A DNA stretch of 64,000 bases, from NCBI GenBank assembly GCA_963789785.1, contig CAWBNC010000031.1, positions 76,041 through 140,040 of the forward strand, given 5' to 3'. Source of the stretch: an uncultured Alphaproteobacteria bacterium. GTDB lineage: Bacteria; Pseudomonadota; Alphaproteobacteria; Rhodospirillales; Defluviicoccaceae. Below are positions 27,235-36,606 of this stretch, one piece after another; position 1 is the stretch's first letter, and each line of letters opens with the position of its first letter. The notes below the pieces were generated by a model. That model saw only the letters and a list, made by a program, of their open reading frames with translations. It ran no database searches and was not told where the DNA came from. The position numbers and the translations under genes were made by a program.

Positions 27235-28899
27235 ATGTTTCGTACCGCCGAGCTCGGCAAGACGCTTTCGAAAGAGGATTACCATAGCACCGTCGAGGTT
27301 TTGCGCTCCGAACTGCTTGCGGTTCAGCAACGGCTGCGATCCGCGCCGTTCCCCGTCATCATTGTCTTCGGCGGCGTCGATGGCGCCGGCAAGAGCGAGA
27401 CGATCAACCTTCTCAACGAGTGGATGGATCCGCGCTGGCTGATCACGCGGGCCTACGGCGCGCCCTCCGACGAGATGGCGGAACGCCCGGAATACTGGCG
27501 CTACTGGCGTGATCTGCCGCCGCAGGGGCGGATCGGCATGTTTCTCAGCTGCTGGTACTCGCGGCCGATCCTCGATCGGGTTCACGAACGGGCGAGCGAA
27601 GCCGAGTTCGACGAGGACCTGGAGCGGATCACGGCGTTTGAACGGGAACTGGCCGATGACGATGCGCTGATCATCAAGTTCTGGATGCATCTCGGCAAGA
27701 AGGCGCAGAAGGATCGTCTGGCGTCGCTCGAGAAGAACCCGCTGACCCGCTGGCGCGTCACCCAGACCGACTGGGATCACTGGCACATGTACGACAGCTT
27801 CGTCGCCGCCGCCGAGCAGGTCATCATGCGCACCAGCACGGGCTGGGCGCAGTGGCACATCGTCGAGGGTTTCGACAAGCGCTACCGGAGTGTCACCGTC
27901 GGCAGCATCCTCCTGGAAGGCATCCTCAAGCATCTCGAAGAGGTCGAAATCCGCAAACGCCTGGCGCATGAACTCCGCGAGCGCCGAGAGCACGCAACGG
28001 GAAAGGTCGTCAGGCAGGCCGTCGACAGCGACAGCACCAGGGCAGGTGCGGGCAACGTCGCGGGCGCGAAAGAAAATGCAAGCGAGGCGGATGCGGAAGA
28101 GGCGGGAGCCGCCGAGCAGATCATTCGTCTGCCGAGGGTGACGATTCTCAGCAAGCTCGACACTAGCCAGACGGTCGACAAGAAAGGCTACCGCAAGAAA
28201 CTGGAAGCCGCTCAGGGCTCTCTCAACCAGCATTGCCGCCGGGCCAAGCAGCTTGGCATCTCGACGATCCTGGTCTTCGAGGGCTGGGACGCCGGCGGCA
28301 AGGGCGGCGTCATCCGCCGGATCACGGCGGCGCTGGATGCACGCGATTTCCAGGTCATTCCCATCGCCGCACCCACCGACGAAGAGCGCGCGCACCACTA
28401 TCTCTGGCGATTCTGGCGGCATCTGTCGCGCGCCGGCCGGGTGACCATCTTCGACCGAAGCTGGTACGGCCGCCTTTTGGTCGAGCGGGTTGAAGGTTTT
28501 GCCGGCGAAACGGAGTGGCGGCGCGCCTACAGCGAGATCAGGGATTTTGAGGAACAGCTCGTTCAGAGCGGCATCGTGCTGTGCAAGTTTTGGCTGCACA
28601 TTACCAAGGACGAGCAGCTTCGCCGCTTCGAAGAGCGGAAAGCAACTCCTTATAAACAGTGGAAACTGACCGATGAGGACTGGCGCAACCGCGAGCGCTG
28701 GGAGGAGTATGAACTGGCCGTCAACGACATGGTCGAGCGCACCAGCACACGCCGGGCGCCGTGGACGCTGGTCGAGGGAAACGATAAGCGCTTTGCCCGG
28801 CTGAAGGTTCTTGCGACACTCAACGACAGCCTTGCCGTGAGGCTCGAACAGCAGGAGCTCGAAGGCGTGAAGGCCCTGCGCAAGCAAGAGAGGGGATGA
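27235..28899 (+). CDS. two-domain PPK2 family enzyme (polyphosphate:AMP phosphotransferase-like)
   Basis: 554 aa with two PPK2 repeats. Each repeat carries a P-loop-like GVDGAGKSE / GWDAGGKGG and an RFWR/YWRYW lid motif. Confidence 0.85.
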   Translation: MFRTAELGKTLSKEDYHSTVEVLRSELLAVQQRLRSAPFPVIIVFGGVDGAGKSETINLLNEWMDPRWLITRAYGAPSDEMAERPEYWRYWRDLPPQGRIGMFLSCWYSRPILDRVHERASEAEFDEDLERITAFERELADDDALIIKFWMHLGKKAQKDRLASLEKNPLTRWRVTQTDWDHWHMYDSFVAAAEQVIMRTSTGWAQWHIVEGFDKRYRSVTVGSILLEGILKHLEEVEIRKRLAHELRERREHATGKVVRQAVDSDSTRAGAGNVAGAKENASEADAEEAGAAEQIIRLPRVTILSKLDTSQTVDKKGYRKKLEAAQGSLNQHCRRAKQLGISTILVFEGWDAGGKGGVIRRITAALDARDFQVIPIAAPTDEERAHHYLWRFWRHLSRAGRVTIFDRSWYGRLLVERVEGFAGETEWRRAYSEIRDFEEQLVQSGIVLCKFWLHITKDEQLRRFEERKATPYKQWKLTDEDWRNRERWEEYELAVNDMVERTSTRRAPWTLVEGNDKRFARLKVLATLNDSLAVRLEQQELEGVKALRKQERG

Positions 28900-28900
28900 G

Positions 28901-31255
28901 ATGTCCGTTGCTGCGAATGACGGCGAGGCCTCGGGCGCCGACAGCGAGACTTTGCCGCGAGCGGATGACGGTGCAGATAACGGTGCGGATGCCGGCGCGG
29001 TAGAGGCGGACGCGTCGCCTCGTACCGCGTCGACCGATGCGACGAACGTCGACAAACTGGAAGCGGATGAAGCCGAAGCTCGGAGCGAAGGCGTCGTCGC
29101 GGCGGACGAGGCGCCGCCGCGCGCGAGCTTCGATTTGCGATCGCCCGAACTCTACCTCAATCGCGAGCTGACTTGGCTGCAGTTCAACAACCGGGTCCTG
29201 CACGAGGCGCGCGACCGGCGCACACCACTGCTGGAACGGGTCAAGTTCCTCGCGATCGCCTCGTCCAACATGGACGAGTTCTTCATGAAGCGGATCGGCG
29301 GCCTGAAGCAGCAGATCGGCGCCGGGGTGCAGAAGCTGACGGTCGACGGGCGCACGCCGAGCCAGCAACTCGAAGAATGCCGGGTCGTTACTGCCGAGTT
29401 CCGGCGCAAGCAGCGCGAGACATACTTCGACCTGATCAGCGACCTGCGTCGCCACGACATCCACATCCGCGCGTTCGCCAAGTTACCCAAAGCGGCGCAG
29501 ACGCAGATCCGCGAATATTATCACGAGAACATCTTCCCGCTGGTCACGCCGCTGGCGATGGATCCGGCGCATCCGTTCCCGTTCATCTCCAACCTGTCGC
29601 TGAACCTGCTGGTCACGCTGCGGTTCCCCCACGAGTCCAGCCTGACCATGGCGCGGATCAAGGTTCCCAGCGGCGCAGGCGTGCCGCAATTCCTCCGGGT
29701 TGCCGGCGTTGACGAGTTCGTCCTGCTCGAGGACGTCATGGCCCACTGCCTCGAGGACATGTTCCCCGGTATGGAGATCGAGACGGTCGAGCTGTTCCGG
29801 GTTACGCGGAACGCCAACACCGATCGCAGCGAAGAGATGGCCGACGATCTGGTCGCGATGATCGAGGCGGAACTGCGGGAACGCAAGTTCGCGCCGATTG
29901 TTCGCCTTGAAACCATCCGGGACATGGACCTGAACCATCGCGGCATGCTTGCGGCGGAACTCGGCCTCGATGCCGAGAAAGAGGTCTACGACACCGACGT
30001 GATGATGGGCATGCGCGATCTGATGGAGATCGCAGGCCTCGATCGACCTGAGTTCCGTTACCCCCCTCACCAGGCGATCGACAACATCAAGCTCCAGGAT
30101 CACGACAGTATCTTCCACATCATTCGCGAGAATGGGCCGATCCTGCTCAGCCATCCTTACAAATCGTTCGTCACCTCGGTCGTCCGCTTCGTCCGGGAGG
30201 CGGCCGAGGATCCGAAGGTCTATGCGATCAAAATGACGCTCTACCGGACCTCGGCGGATACCAAGATCATCGAATACCTTGTCGAGGCCGCGCGCAACGG
30301 CAAGCAGGTTGCCGTCGTCGTCGAGCTCAAGGCGCGTTTCGACGAAGCGGCGAACCTGCGCTGGGCGAGCCGGCTGGAAGAGGCCGGCATCCACGTCACC
30401 TACGGCGTCCTCGGGCTGAAGACGCACTCCAAGCTGATCCTCGTCGTCCGCCGCGACTACAACGGGCTGAAGCGCTACTGCCACATCGGCACCGGCAACT
30501 ACCACGCCGGTACGGCGCGGCTTTATTGCGACCTCGGGATGCTTACCTGCGACAAGGAGATCGGGTTCGACATTACCGAGCTGTTCAACTACCTGACCAC
30601 CGGCTGCCGGCCGTCGCGCAACTACCGCAAGATTCTGACCGCGCCGACGTCGATGAAGAAAGCCCTGATCGCGAAGATCGAACGCGAAGCCGCGGGCCAC
30701 AGCACGGAGCACCCCGGACTGATCCGGCTCAAAGCCAACGCGCTGGAGGATTCTGACATCGTCGAGGCGCTGTACCGCGCCGCGCAGGTGGGGGTGAAGG
30801 TCGATCTGATCATCCGCGACACCTGCAGGCTGCGCCCGGGTATTCCGGGCCTGTCGGATACGGTCACGGTGATCGGCATCATCAGCCGCTTCCTCGAGCA
30901 CGCCCGGATCTACTATTTCCAGAACGGCGGCGACGAGGAGTACTTCATCGGCTCGGCCGATCTGATGAACCGCAACCTGCAGAGCCGGGTCGAGGTGCTG
31001 GCCCCGGTCGAAAACCCCGAACTGCGGAAGGATCTGCGGGCGATCGTGGAAACCCAGCTCGCCGATCACCGCAGCGCCTGGCAGATGCAGCCCGATGGCA
31101 GCTACGTCCAGCGCCGGCCACGGGGCGGTCAGGCCCATCGCGGGTCGCAGGAGGTGCTGATCGTCGCTGCCGAGCGGCGGCTGGAGCGGGCGCGCCGGCT
31201 GCGCAAGATCAAGCCGCGGGCCTACGCTCGCCGCGCGCCGCGAGAGCCGCGTTGA
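28901..31255 (+). CDS. ppk1: polyphosphate kinase 1
   Basis: 784-aa ORF. The motifs ELYLNRELTWLQFNNRVL, YRTSADTKII, GLKTHSKLILVVR (phospho-His region) and two PLD-like domains are present. The ATG lies 1 nt after the upstream stop. Confidence 0.96.
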   Translation: MSVAANDGEASGADSETLPRADDGADNGADAGAVEADASPRTASTDATNVDKLEADEAEARSEGVVAADEAPPRASFDLRSPELYLNRELTWLQFNNRVLHEARDRRTPLLERVKFLAIASSNMDEFFMKRIGGLKQQIGAGVQKLTVDGRTPSQQLEECRVVTAEFRRKQRETYFDLISDLRRHDIHIRAFAKLPKAAQTQIREYYHENIFPLVTPLAMDPAHPFPFISNLSLNLLVTLRFPHESSLTMARIKVPSGAGVPQFLRVAGVDEFVLLEDVMAHCLEDMFPGMEIETVELFRVTRNANTDRSEEMADDLVAMIEAELRERKFAPIVRLETIRDMDLNHRGMLAAELGLDAEKEVYDTDVMMGMRDLMEIAGLDRPEFRYPPHQAIDNIKLQDHDSIFHIIRENGPILLSHPYKSFVTSVVRFVREAAEDPKVYAIKMTLYRTSADTKIIEYLVEAARNGKQVAVVVELKARFDEAANLRWASRLEEAGIHVTYGVLGLKTHSKLILVVRRDYNGLKRYCHIGTGNYHAGTARLYCDLGMLTCDKEIGFDITELFNYLTTGCRPSRNYRKILTAPTSMKKALIAKIEREAAGHSTEHPGLIRLKANALEDSDIVEALYRAAQVGVKVDLIIRDTCRLRPGIPGLSDTVTVIGIISRFLEHARIYYFQNGGDEEYFIGSADLMNRNLQSRVEVLAPVENPELRKDLRAIVETQLADHRSAWQMQPDGSYVQRRPRGGQAHRGSQEVLIVAAERRLERARRLRKIKPRAYARRAPREPR

Positions 31256-31298
31256 GGCGAAGCGGAATGGCGCGGCGGTCGATCCTGCGAATAGAACG

Positions 31299-31431
31299 CC
31301 CTCACCTTGATCCTCTCCGAAGGCTCCCAAGGGGAGGAAGAAGAGGCGGCGGCGCTTCACCCTCTCCCAGCAGCGGAGCGCTTGCGGAGCGTTTGGGACA
31401 GGGAGGGCCCGCAAGAGCGGGAGCGTGAGGG
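31299..31431. repeat. REP/MITE-like intergenic element with nested hairpins
   Basis: Terminal inverted repeat CCCTCAC (31299-31305) / GTGAGGG (31425-31431). Internal hairpins are TCCTCTCC...GGGGAGGA (31311-31338) and CCCGC-aaga-GCGGG (31408-31421), plus a direct repeat GCGGAGCG x2. Copy number elsewhere is unknown. Confidence 0.4.
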
Positions 31432-31551
31432 GATCGCAGGCCATTAACCCATGGCACCGCAGCAAGACCGCCACGGGAGCACACTGCGTCCCGTGAGTTG
31501 GCGCCGCGCTCACTGGGGTGCGTGCGCGCGTGGCTACGAAACGGCGGGGCG

Positions 31552-32706
31552 ATGGACAAACGACAGCGGACCCTTCTCTGGCTCGCGGTCGGCGCGGTGC
31601 TTGTCGCCGTGCTGTACGCGCTGGGCCCAGCGCTGGCGCCGTTCTACATCAGCCTCGCGCTCGCTTTCGTTCTGGTGCCGCTGTGTGACCGGCTGGAGGG
31701 CTGGCGCCTGCCGCGCACCGTCGCGGTCCTGGTCGTTATGATCGTGTTCGCTCTGGCACTGGTCGCCGCCGTTCTCATTCTCGTCCCGATCCTGGTCCAG
31801 CAGGCCGCTGACTTGCTGTCATCGGTTCCCGATTTCGCCCAGAAGCTGATGGGATATCTCAAGGAAGTCTCGGCGGTGGTCGAGCACCGCTTCGGCGTCG
31901 ATATCGTCAACCGCATCGAAGGCGCGATCGGCGGTAGCGAGCGCCTGATCAACTGGTTCACCGGCATGGTCGGCGGCCTGCTGACCAGCGGCATGACGAT
32001 CACGTCGGCGCTGCTGCAGGCCGGCATCGCGATCGTCGTTGTCTTCTTCCTGCTGCGCGACTTTCCGAAGATCGTCGACGACGTGAACGACTGGCTGCCG
32101 GCCGATTATGCCCCGACCATCCGGGCGATGGCCGCCCAGGCCTACGACACGCTCGCCGGTTTCATCCGCGGCCAGAGCCTGGTCTGCCTGATCCTCGGTA
32201 CCTTCTATGCCTTGTCGCTGACTTTGATCGGGCTCAAGTTCGGCCTGCTCGTCGGCTTCTGCATCGGCCTGATATCGTTCGTCCCCTATGCCGGCGCGAC
32301 GCTGGGCCTGATCACGGCGATGGGACTGGCGCTGATGCAGTTCGACTCGTGGCTGATGATCGCGGGCGTCGCCGCGATCTTCTTCGTCGGTCAGGCGGTG
32401 GAGGGCAATTTCCTCGTCCCGGTGCTGGTTGGCGACCGGGTCCGGCTGCATCCCGTCTGGGTCATCCTCGGGCTTTACCTCGGCGGTTCCCTGTTCGGCT
32501 TCTTCGGCATGCTGCTCGCCGTGCCGATTACAGCGCTGGTGGGCGTCATGGCCCGTTTCGCGTTCGGCGCCTATCTCGACAGCGATCTTCGGCGCGGCCA
32601 TGGCTTCGGCGGCTCGCGCGGCCCCTCGAGGATATTGACCAGCGACGGGACACCCGGTGCGGGAGGCGAGGAGCCGGCCGCGGTCGCGCCGCCGGGCCGG
32701 ACATGA
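31552..32706 (+). CDS. AI-2E family transporter (second paralogue in the window)
   Basis: In-frame ATG at 31552 (MDKRQRTLLWLAVGAVL). It has the same family motifs as the first copy (FIRGQ, ISFVPYAG, LVGDRVRLHPVWVILGL). Confidence 0.85.
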   Translation: MDKRQRTLLWLAVGAVLVAVLYALGPALAPFYISLALAFVLVPLCDRLEGWRLPRTVAVLVVMIVFALALVAAVLILVPILVQQAADLLSSVPDFAQKLMGYLKEVSAVVEHRFGVDIVNRIEGAIGGSERLINWFTGMVGGLLTSGMTITSALLQAGIAIVVVFFLLRDFPKIVDDVNDWLPADYAPTIRAMAAQAYDTLAGFIRGQSLVCLILGTFYALSLTLIGLKFGLLVGFCIGLISFVPYAGATLGLITAMGLALMQFDSWLMIAGVAAIFFVGQAVEGNFLVPVLVGDRVRLHPVWVILGLYLGGSLFGFFGMLLAVPITALVGVMARFAFGAYLDSDLRRGHGFGGSRGPSRILTSDGTPGAGGEEPAAVAPPGRT

Positions 32707-32922
32707 GCCCGAGAACCGGGTCATGCCTGTTGGTATTTTCCCCTCACTCGTCCGGTCGGGAAGCGGCAGGAAGGAATTCGCCGCCGCATTGCGGCGCCGC
32801 TTCTTTCCGAAAACCGGGCTGGAGCGCGGGCCGATCGTGAATTACCGCTTTCGCCTCTTCGCCCCATGGCTTAACCAGAGCGATCTCTGGCAACGCCCGA
32901 TGAGTTGGTTCGGCAGACGATA

Positions 32923-33699
32923 ATGGCATCGCAGGACACAGCCGACACGCCCGGATCACCGACCACAGGCCCGGCCCTGGAACTCGATCAGGCCTTTCTT
33001 CGCCGGACGGGTGAGGAGGTTCGCGCTTTCTTTCCCCGTCCGCTTACCGACGTTGAGCTTGTGCTGATCGATGTCGATCCGGACCACATCCACGCCTTTT
33101 GGAACATTCCGCCGGCGGTCATCGAGTCGGCGCAGGCGCGCTCGGCCGGCGGCGCCTCGATGGTTCTGCGCCTTTACCCTGTCGACCATGGCGCCGCGGC
33201 TGCAGAGAGGGTCATCGAGGTCGACGTCGGCGGCCTGCAGGGCCGGACCTATGTCGATGTCCGGCAGGCCGAGCGGCGTTATCGGGGCATGATCGGGTTG
33301 CGGACGGGAGCAGATGACCTGATGGTCCTGGCAACATCGAACGAGGTGACGCTGCCGCCCGCTGGACCGGTACCCGATCCCGCGGCCGACCCCGCGCCAG
33401 CCGCGGCTTCAGCGATACCTGCGGACCGCATTGATCCGTTCGCCGCTCTCTATGAATTGGAAGCGGTCCTGCCTGTCTCGAGCTATATCCTCGCAGGCGA
33501 CCGCGTTGCCTTCGAGGCCACCGCCGAGCTGCACATCCATGGTCGCGCGGAGCCGGGGGCGACGGTTCGCCTGTTCGGACGCACGGTGCCGCTGCGCCCC
33601 GACGGCAGCTTCTCCGTGGTTCACGTCCTGCCGCAGCAATCCCGCCAGCTGTCGATGCTGCTGGCCGCCGCGGCGGCGGAAGCGGACGGCTCGGCTTGA
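32923..33699 (+). CDS. conserved hypothetical protein, DUF4912-like partner of GH57 enzymes
   Basis: Its stop is 1 nt before the GH57 start. The region VLIDVDPDHIHAFWNI...MVLRLYPV resembles the DUF4912 core as I recall it. The start could be ATG 32923 or TTG 32905. Confidence 0.5.
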   Translation: MASQDTADTPGSPTTGPALELDQAFLRRTGEEVRAFFPRPLTDVELVLIDVDPDHIHAFWNIPPAVIESAQARSAGGASMVLRLYPVDHGAAAAERVIEVDVGGLQGRTYVDVRQAERRYRGMIGLRTGADDLMVLATSNEVTLPPAGPVPDPAADPAPAAASAIPADRIDPFAALYELEAVLPVSSYILAGDRVAFEATAELHIHGRAEPGATVRLFGRTVPLRPDGSFSVVHVLPQQSRQLSMLLAAAAAEADGSA

Positions 33700-33700
33700 G

Positions 33701-35284
33701 ATGAACCGCGGCACCCTGGCGCTCGTACTCCACGCCCATCTTCCCTACGTCCGCCATCCCGAGTACGAGAGCTTCCTCGAAGAGCGCTGGCTGTTCGAGG
33801 CGATCATCGACACCTACGTGCCGCTGATCCGGGTGTGCGAAAAGCTTCTGGCCGACGGTGTTCCCGTTCGCCTGACGCTGTCGATCTCGCCGACGCTGCT
33901 GGCGATGCTGGCCGATCCGCTGCTGCGCGAGCGCTTCGCCGCCCACCTTGCCAGACTTACCCGTCTTGGCGATCAGGAAATCCTGCGGACGCACGGCGAT
34001 CCGCGCTTGCTCGAAGTCGCGCGGATGTACCGGCGGCTGCTCCACGAGACCGAGGAGACCTTTGCCGCTCACTATGACGGCGACCTGATCGCGGCGTTTC
34101 GCAAGCTTCAGGATGCCGGCGCGCTCGAAATCGCGACAGCGGCGGCGACCCATGGCTACCTGCCGATCCTGAAAACCAGCCCGGCGGCGGCGCGCGCCCA
34201 GCTTCAGGTCGCGGCCGACAGCTACCGCCGGGCCTTCGGCCGGACGGTGCCGGGCTTCTGGCTGCCGGAATGCGGCTACTACCCAGGTGTGGAAGAGCTG
34301 GTCGCCGATGCCGGCGGCCGGTACTTTTTCGTCGACACCCACGGAATCCTGAACGCCGAGCCCCGGCCGCGCTACGGTTATGTCGCGCCGCTGGCGTGTC
34401 CCAACGGCGTCGCCGCCTTCGGGCGCGATCCGGCGTCGTCGCGGCAGGTCTGGAGCGCCGGCGAAGGTTATCCCGGTGACCCGTGGTATCGCGACTTCTA
34501 CCGCGACATCGGCTTCGACCTCGATTTCGAGACGATCAAACCGTACAGCCTCGACGGCCACACACGGATCTTCACCGGCTTCAAGTACCACCGCATCACC
34601 GGCGCGACCGACGACAAGGAGCTCTACGAGCCGGCGCGGGCGACCGACCGGGTCGACGCCCATGCCGCGGACTTCGTCCACCGTCAGCTTGAGACGGTGG
34701 ACCGGTTCGCGCCGGCGATGGACCGCCCGCCGGTCATCGTCGCCCTCTACGACGCCGAGCTGTTCGGCCATTGGTGGTTCGAGGGTCCGCAATGGATCGA
34801 CCGGCTGATCCGGCGCGTCGCGGCCGAGGACCGACTGGAGCTGGTGACGGCCAGCGACGATCTGGCCCGTCATCCCCAGCCGCAGGTGGCTCAGCCGTCG
34901 GCCTCGAGCTGGGGCGAGCGCGGCTACAGCGAGTTCTGGCTTAACCCGGGCAACGACTGGATCTACCGTCATCTGCACGACGCCGCGTTGCGCATGCACA
35001 ACCTCGCCCGCACCCAAGCGGGCCTGGCCGTCGGCTCCCCAGCCGATCGCGCCCTTCGACAGGCCGCGCGCTCTCTGCTGCTGGCCCAGGCGTCTGACTG
35101 GCCGTTCATCATGAAGACGGGCACGGCTGTTGAGTATGCCTACAATCGCATTCGCGACAATCTCGCCCGCTTCCACTTCCTCTGCGATTGCGCGGAGCGC
35201 GAGGATATCGACCAGGCCCGCATCGCGGCGCTGGAGGCGATGGACGCGATCTTCCCGGACCTCGACTTCCGGATTTACGCCTGA
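33701..35284 (+). CDS. GH57 family 1,4-alpha-glucan branching enzyme-like protein (with DUF1957 C-terminus)
   Basis: ATG at 33701. The motifs LALVLHAHLPYVRHPE, FWLPECGY and YDAELFGHWWFEGPQW are hallmark GH57 motifs. Confidence 0.85.
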   Translation: MNRGTLALVLHAHLPYVRHPEYESFLEERWLFEAIIDTYVPLIRVCEKLLADGVPVRLTLSISPTLLAMLADPLLRERFAAHLARLTRLGDQEILRTHGDPRLLEVARMYRRLLHETEETFAAHYDGDLIAAFRKLQDAGALEIATAAATHGYLPILKTSPAAARAQLQVAADSYRRAFGRTVPGFWLPECGYYPGVEELVADAGGRYFFVDTHGILNAEPRPRYGYVAPLACPNGVAAFGRDPASSRQVWSAGEGYPGDPWYRDFYRDIGFDLDFETIKPYSLDGHTRIFTGFKYHRITGATDDKELYEPARATDRVDAHAADFVHRQLETVDRFAPAMDRPPVIVALYDAELFGHWWFEGPQWIDRLIRRVAAEDRLELVTASDDLARHPQPQVAQPSASSWGERGYSEFWLNPGNDWIYRHLHDAALRMHNLARTQAGLAVGSPADRALRQAARSLLLAQASDWPFIMKTGTAVEYAYNRIRDNLARFHFLCDCAEREDIDQARIAALEAMDAIFPDLDFRIYA

Positions 35285-35420
35285 GACCGCCATCGGCAAC
35301 GGCGTGGCCTCGTCGGCAGCCGACTGGCGGGCGCGGAAGTTACGCAATATCTGATCGTAGGTAATCTCGCGCCCGAACCTTCGGCGCACAAGCCGTTCGA
35401 CAGGTCGACAGTAAGACATC

Positions 35421-36604
35421 ATGACCGTGAAACTATCGATCATGTCTGCGGCGCGGCCACGGATACGTGTCGCGTTCGCCGGCGCCTGCACACTGTTGCT
35501 GCTGGCGGGATGCGACACGCAAAGCCAGACTCCGCCAAAGGCGCCGCCGCCGCCGGCCGTTACGGTCGCTCCGGTGACGAAAAGCGAGATCAATCCCGTC
35601 TTCGAGTTCATCGGTCAGACCGAGGCGGTCGATACGGTCGAGCTGCGGGCGCGGGTCGAGGGCTTCCTGGTCAAGCGGGCCTTCGAGGAAGGCGACGACA
35701 TCGATAAAGGCGCGCTCTTGTTCAGCATCGAGAAGGCGCCCTATGAAGCGGCCCTTGCCGCCGCCGACGCGGACGTGGCGCAGGCGCAGGCGACTTTGGC
35801 CCGCACGCAGAAGGATCTCGATCGCTCGAAGACCCTGTTCTCACGGGGGAATGTCAGCGCGAAAACGCGCGACGACGACCTCGCCGCCGAACGCGCAGCG
35901 ACGGCGCAGGTCGCGGCGGCTGAAGCCCAACAACGCACGGCCCAGCTCAACCTCGGCTATACCGATATCTATGCGCCGTTTGCAGGAAGGATCGGCCGCT
36001 CCGCCTACAGCGTCGGCAATCTTGTCGGGCCGAGCAGCGACGTGCTGGCGAGGCTGGTCAAGCTCGATCCGATTTACGCCGTGTTCAACGTCAGCGAGCA
36101 GCTCTATCTCGATTACCAGAGCAAGGTCGCCAAAGACCAAGGCGGCGACCGGCGAAACCGGTTCCGCAGCCGGTTCCGCGGCTGCGTCTGGCGAACGATA
36201 CGGAGTACCCTCATGCCGGCCGGATCGAGTTCGTCGACAACCGGGTCGATCCGACGACCGGCACCATTGCCGTGCGCGCCGTCTTCCCCAATCCGGACAA
36301 GCTGCTCGTGCCCGGCCTCTTCGTCACCGTCGAGCTTAAGGCGCGCGACGCCAAGCCGGCGCTGCTGATCCCCCAGGCCGCGGTGCAGGAAGACCAGGCC
36401 GGGCGCTTCGTCCTTGTCGCGAAGCCCGACAACACCGCCGAAGTCCGGCGGATCGAGACCGGCGATCGCACCGGCACCTCCTGGCAGGTGACGAGCGGGC
36501 TCGGCGAGGGCGAACTGGTGGTCTACGAGGGAATTCAGAAGGTCCGCCCGGGCGCGCCCATTACGCCGGTGGTTCGGCCGCCAGAGCAGGCGCCGGCGGG
36601 ATAG
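35421..36604 (+). pseudogene. RND efflux periplasmic adaptor (MexA/AcrA family lipoprotein), one -1 frame break
   Basis: Lipobox LLLAGC and coiled-coil hairpin, then LGYTDIYAPFAGRIG. ORF 35421..36368 loses sense after KVAKDQ. The frame of ORF 36272..36604 restores AKPVPQPVPRLRLANDTEYPHAGRIEFVDNRVDPTTGTI. The break is near 36141-36154. Confidence 0.8.
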
Positions 36605-36606
36605 CC

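Noticed and set aside
32781-32812. GC hairpin plus T-rich stretch about 75 nt after the second AI-2E transporter, considered as a terminator.
   Set aside because: It has only a 6-bp stem with a 3-nt loop and an interrupted T-tract, which makes it marginal.
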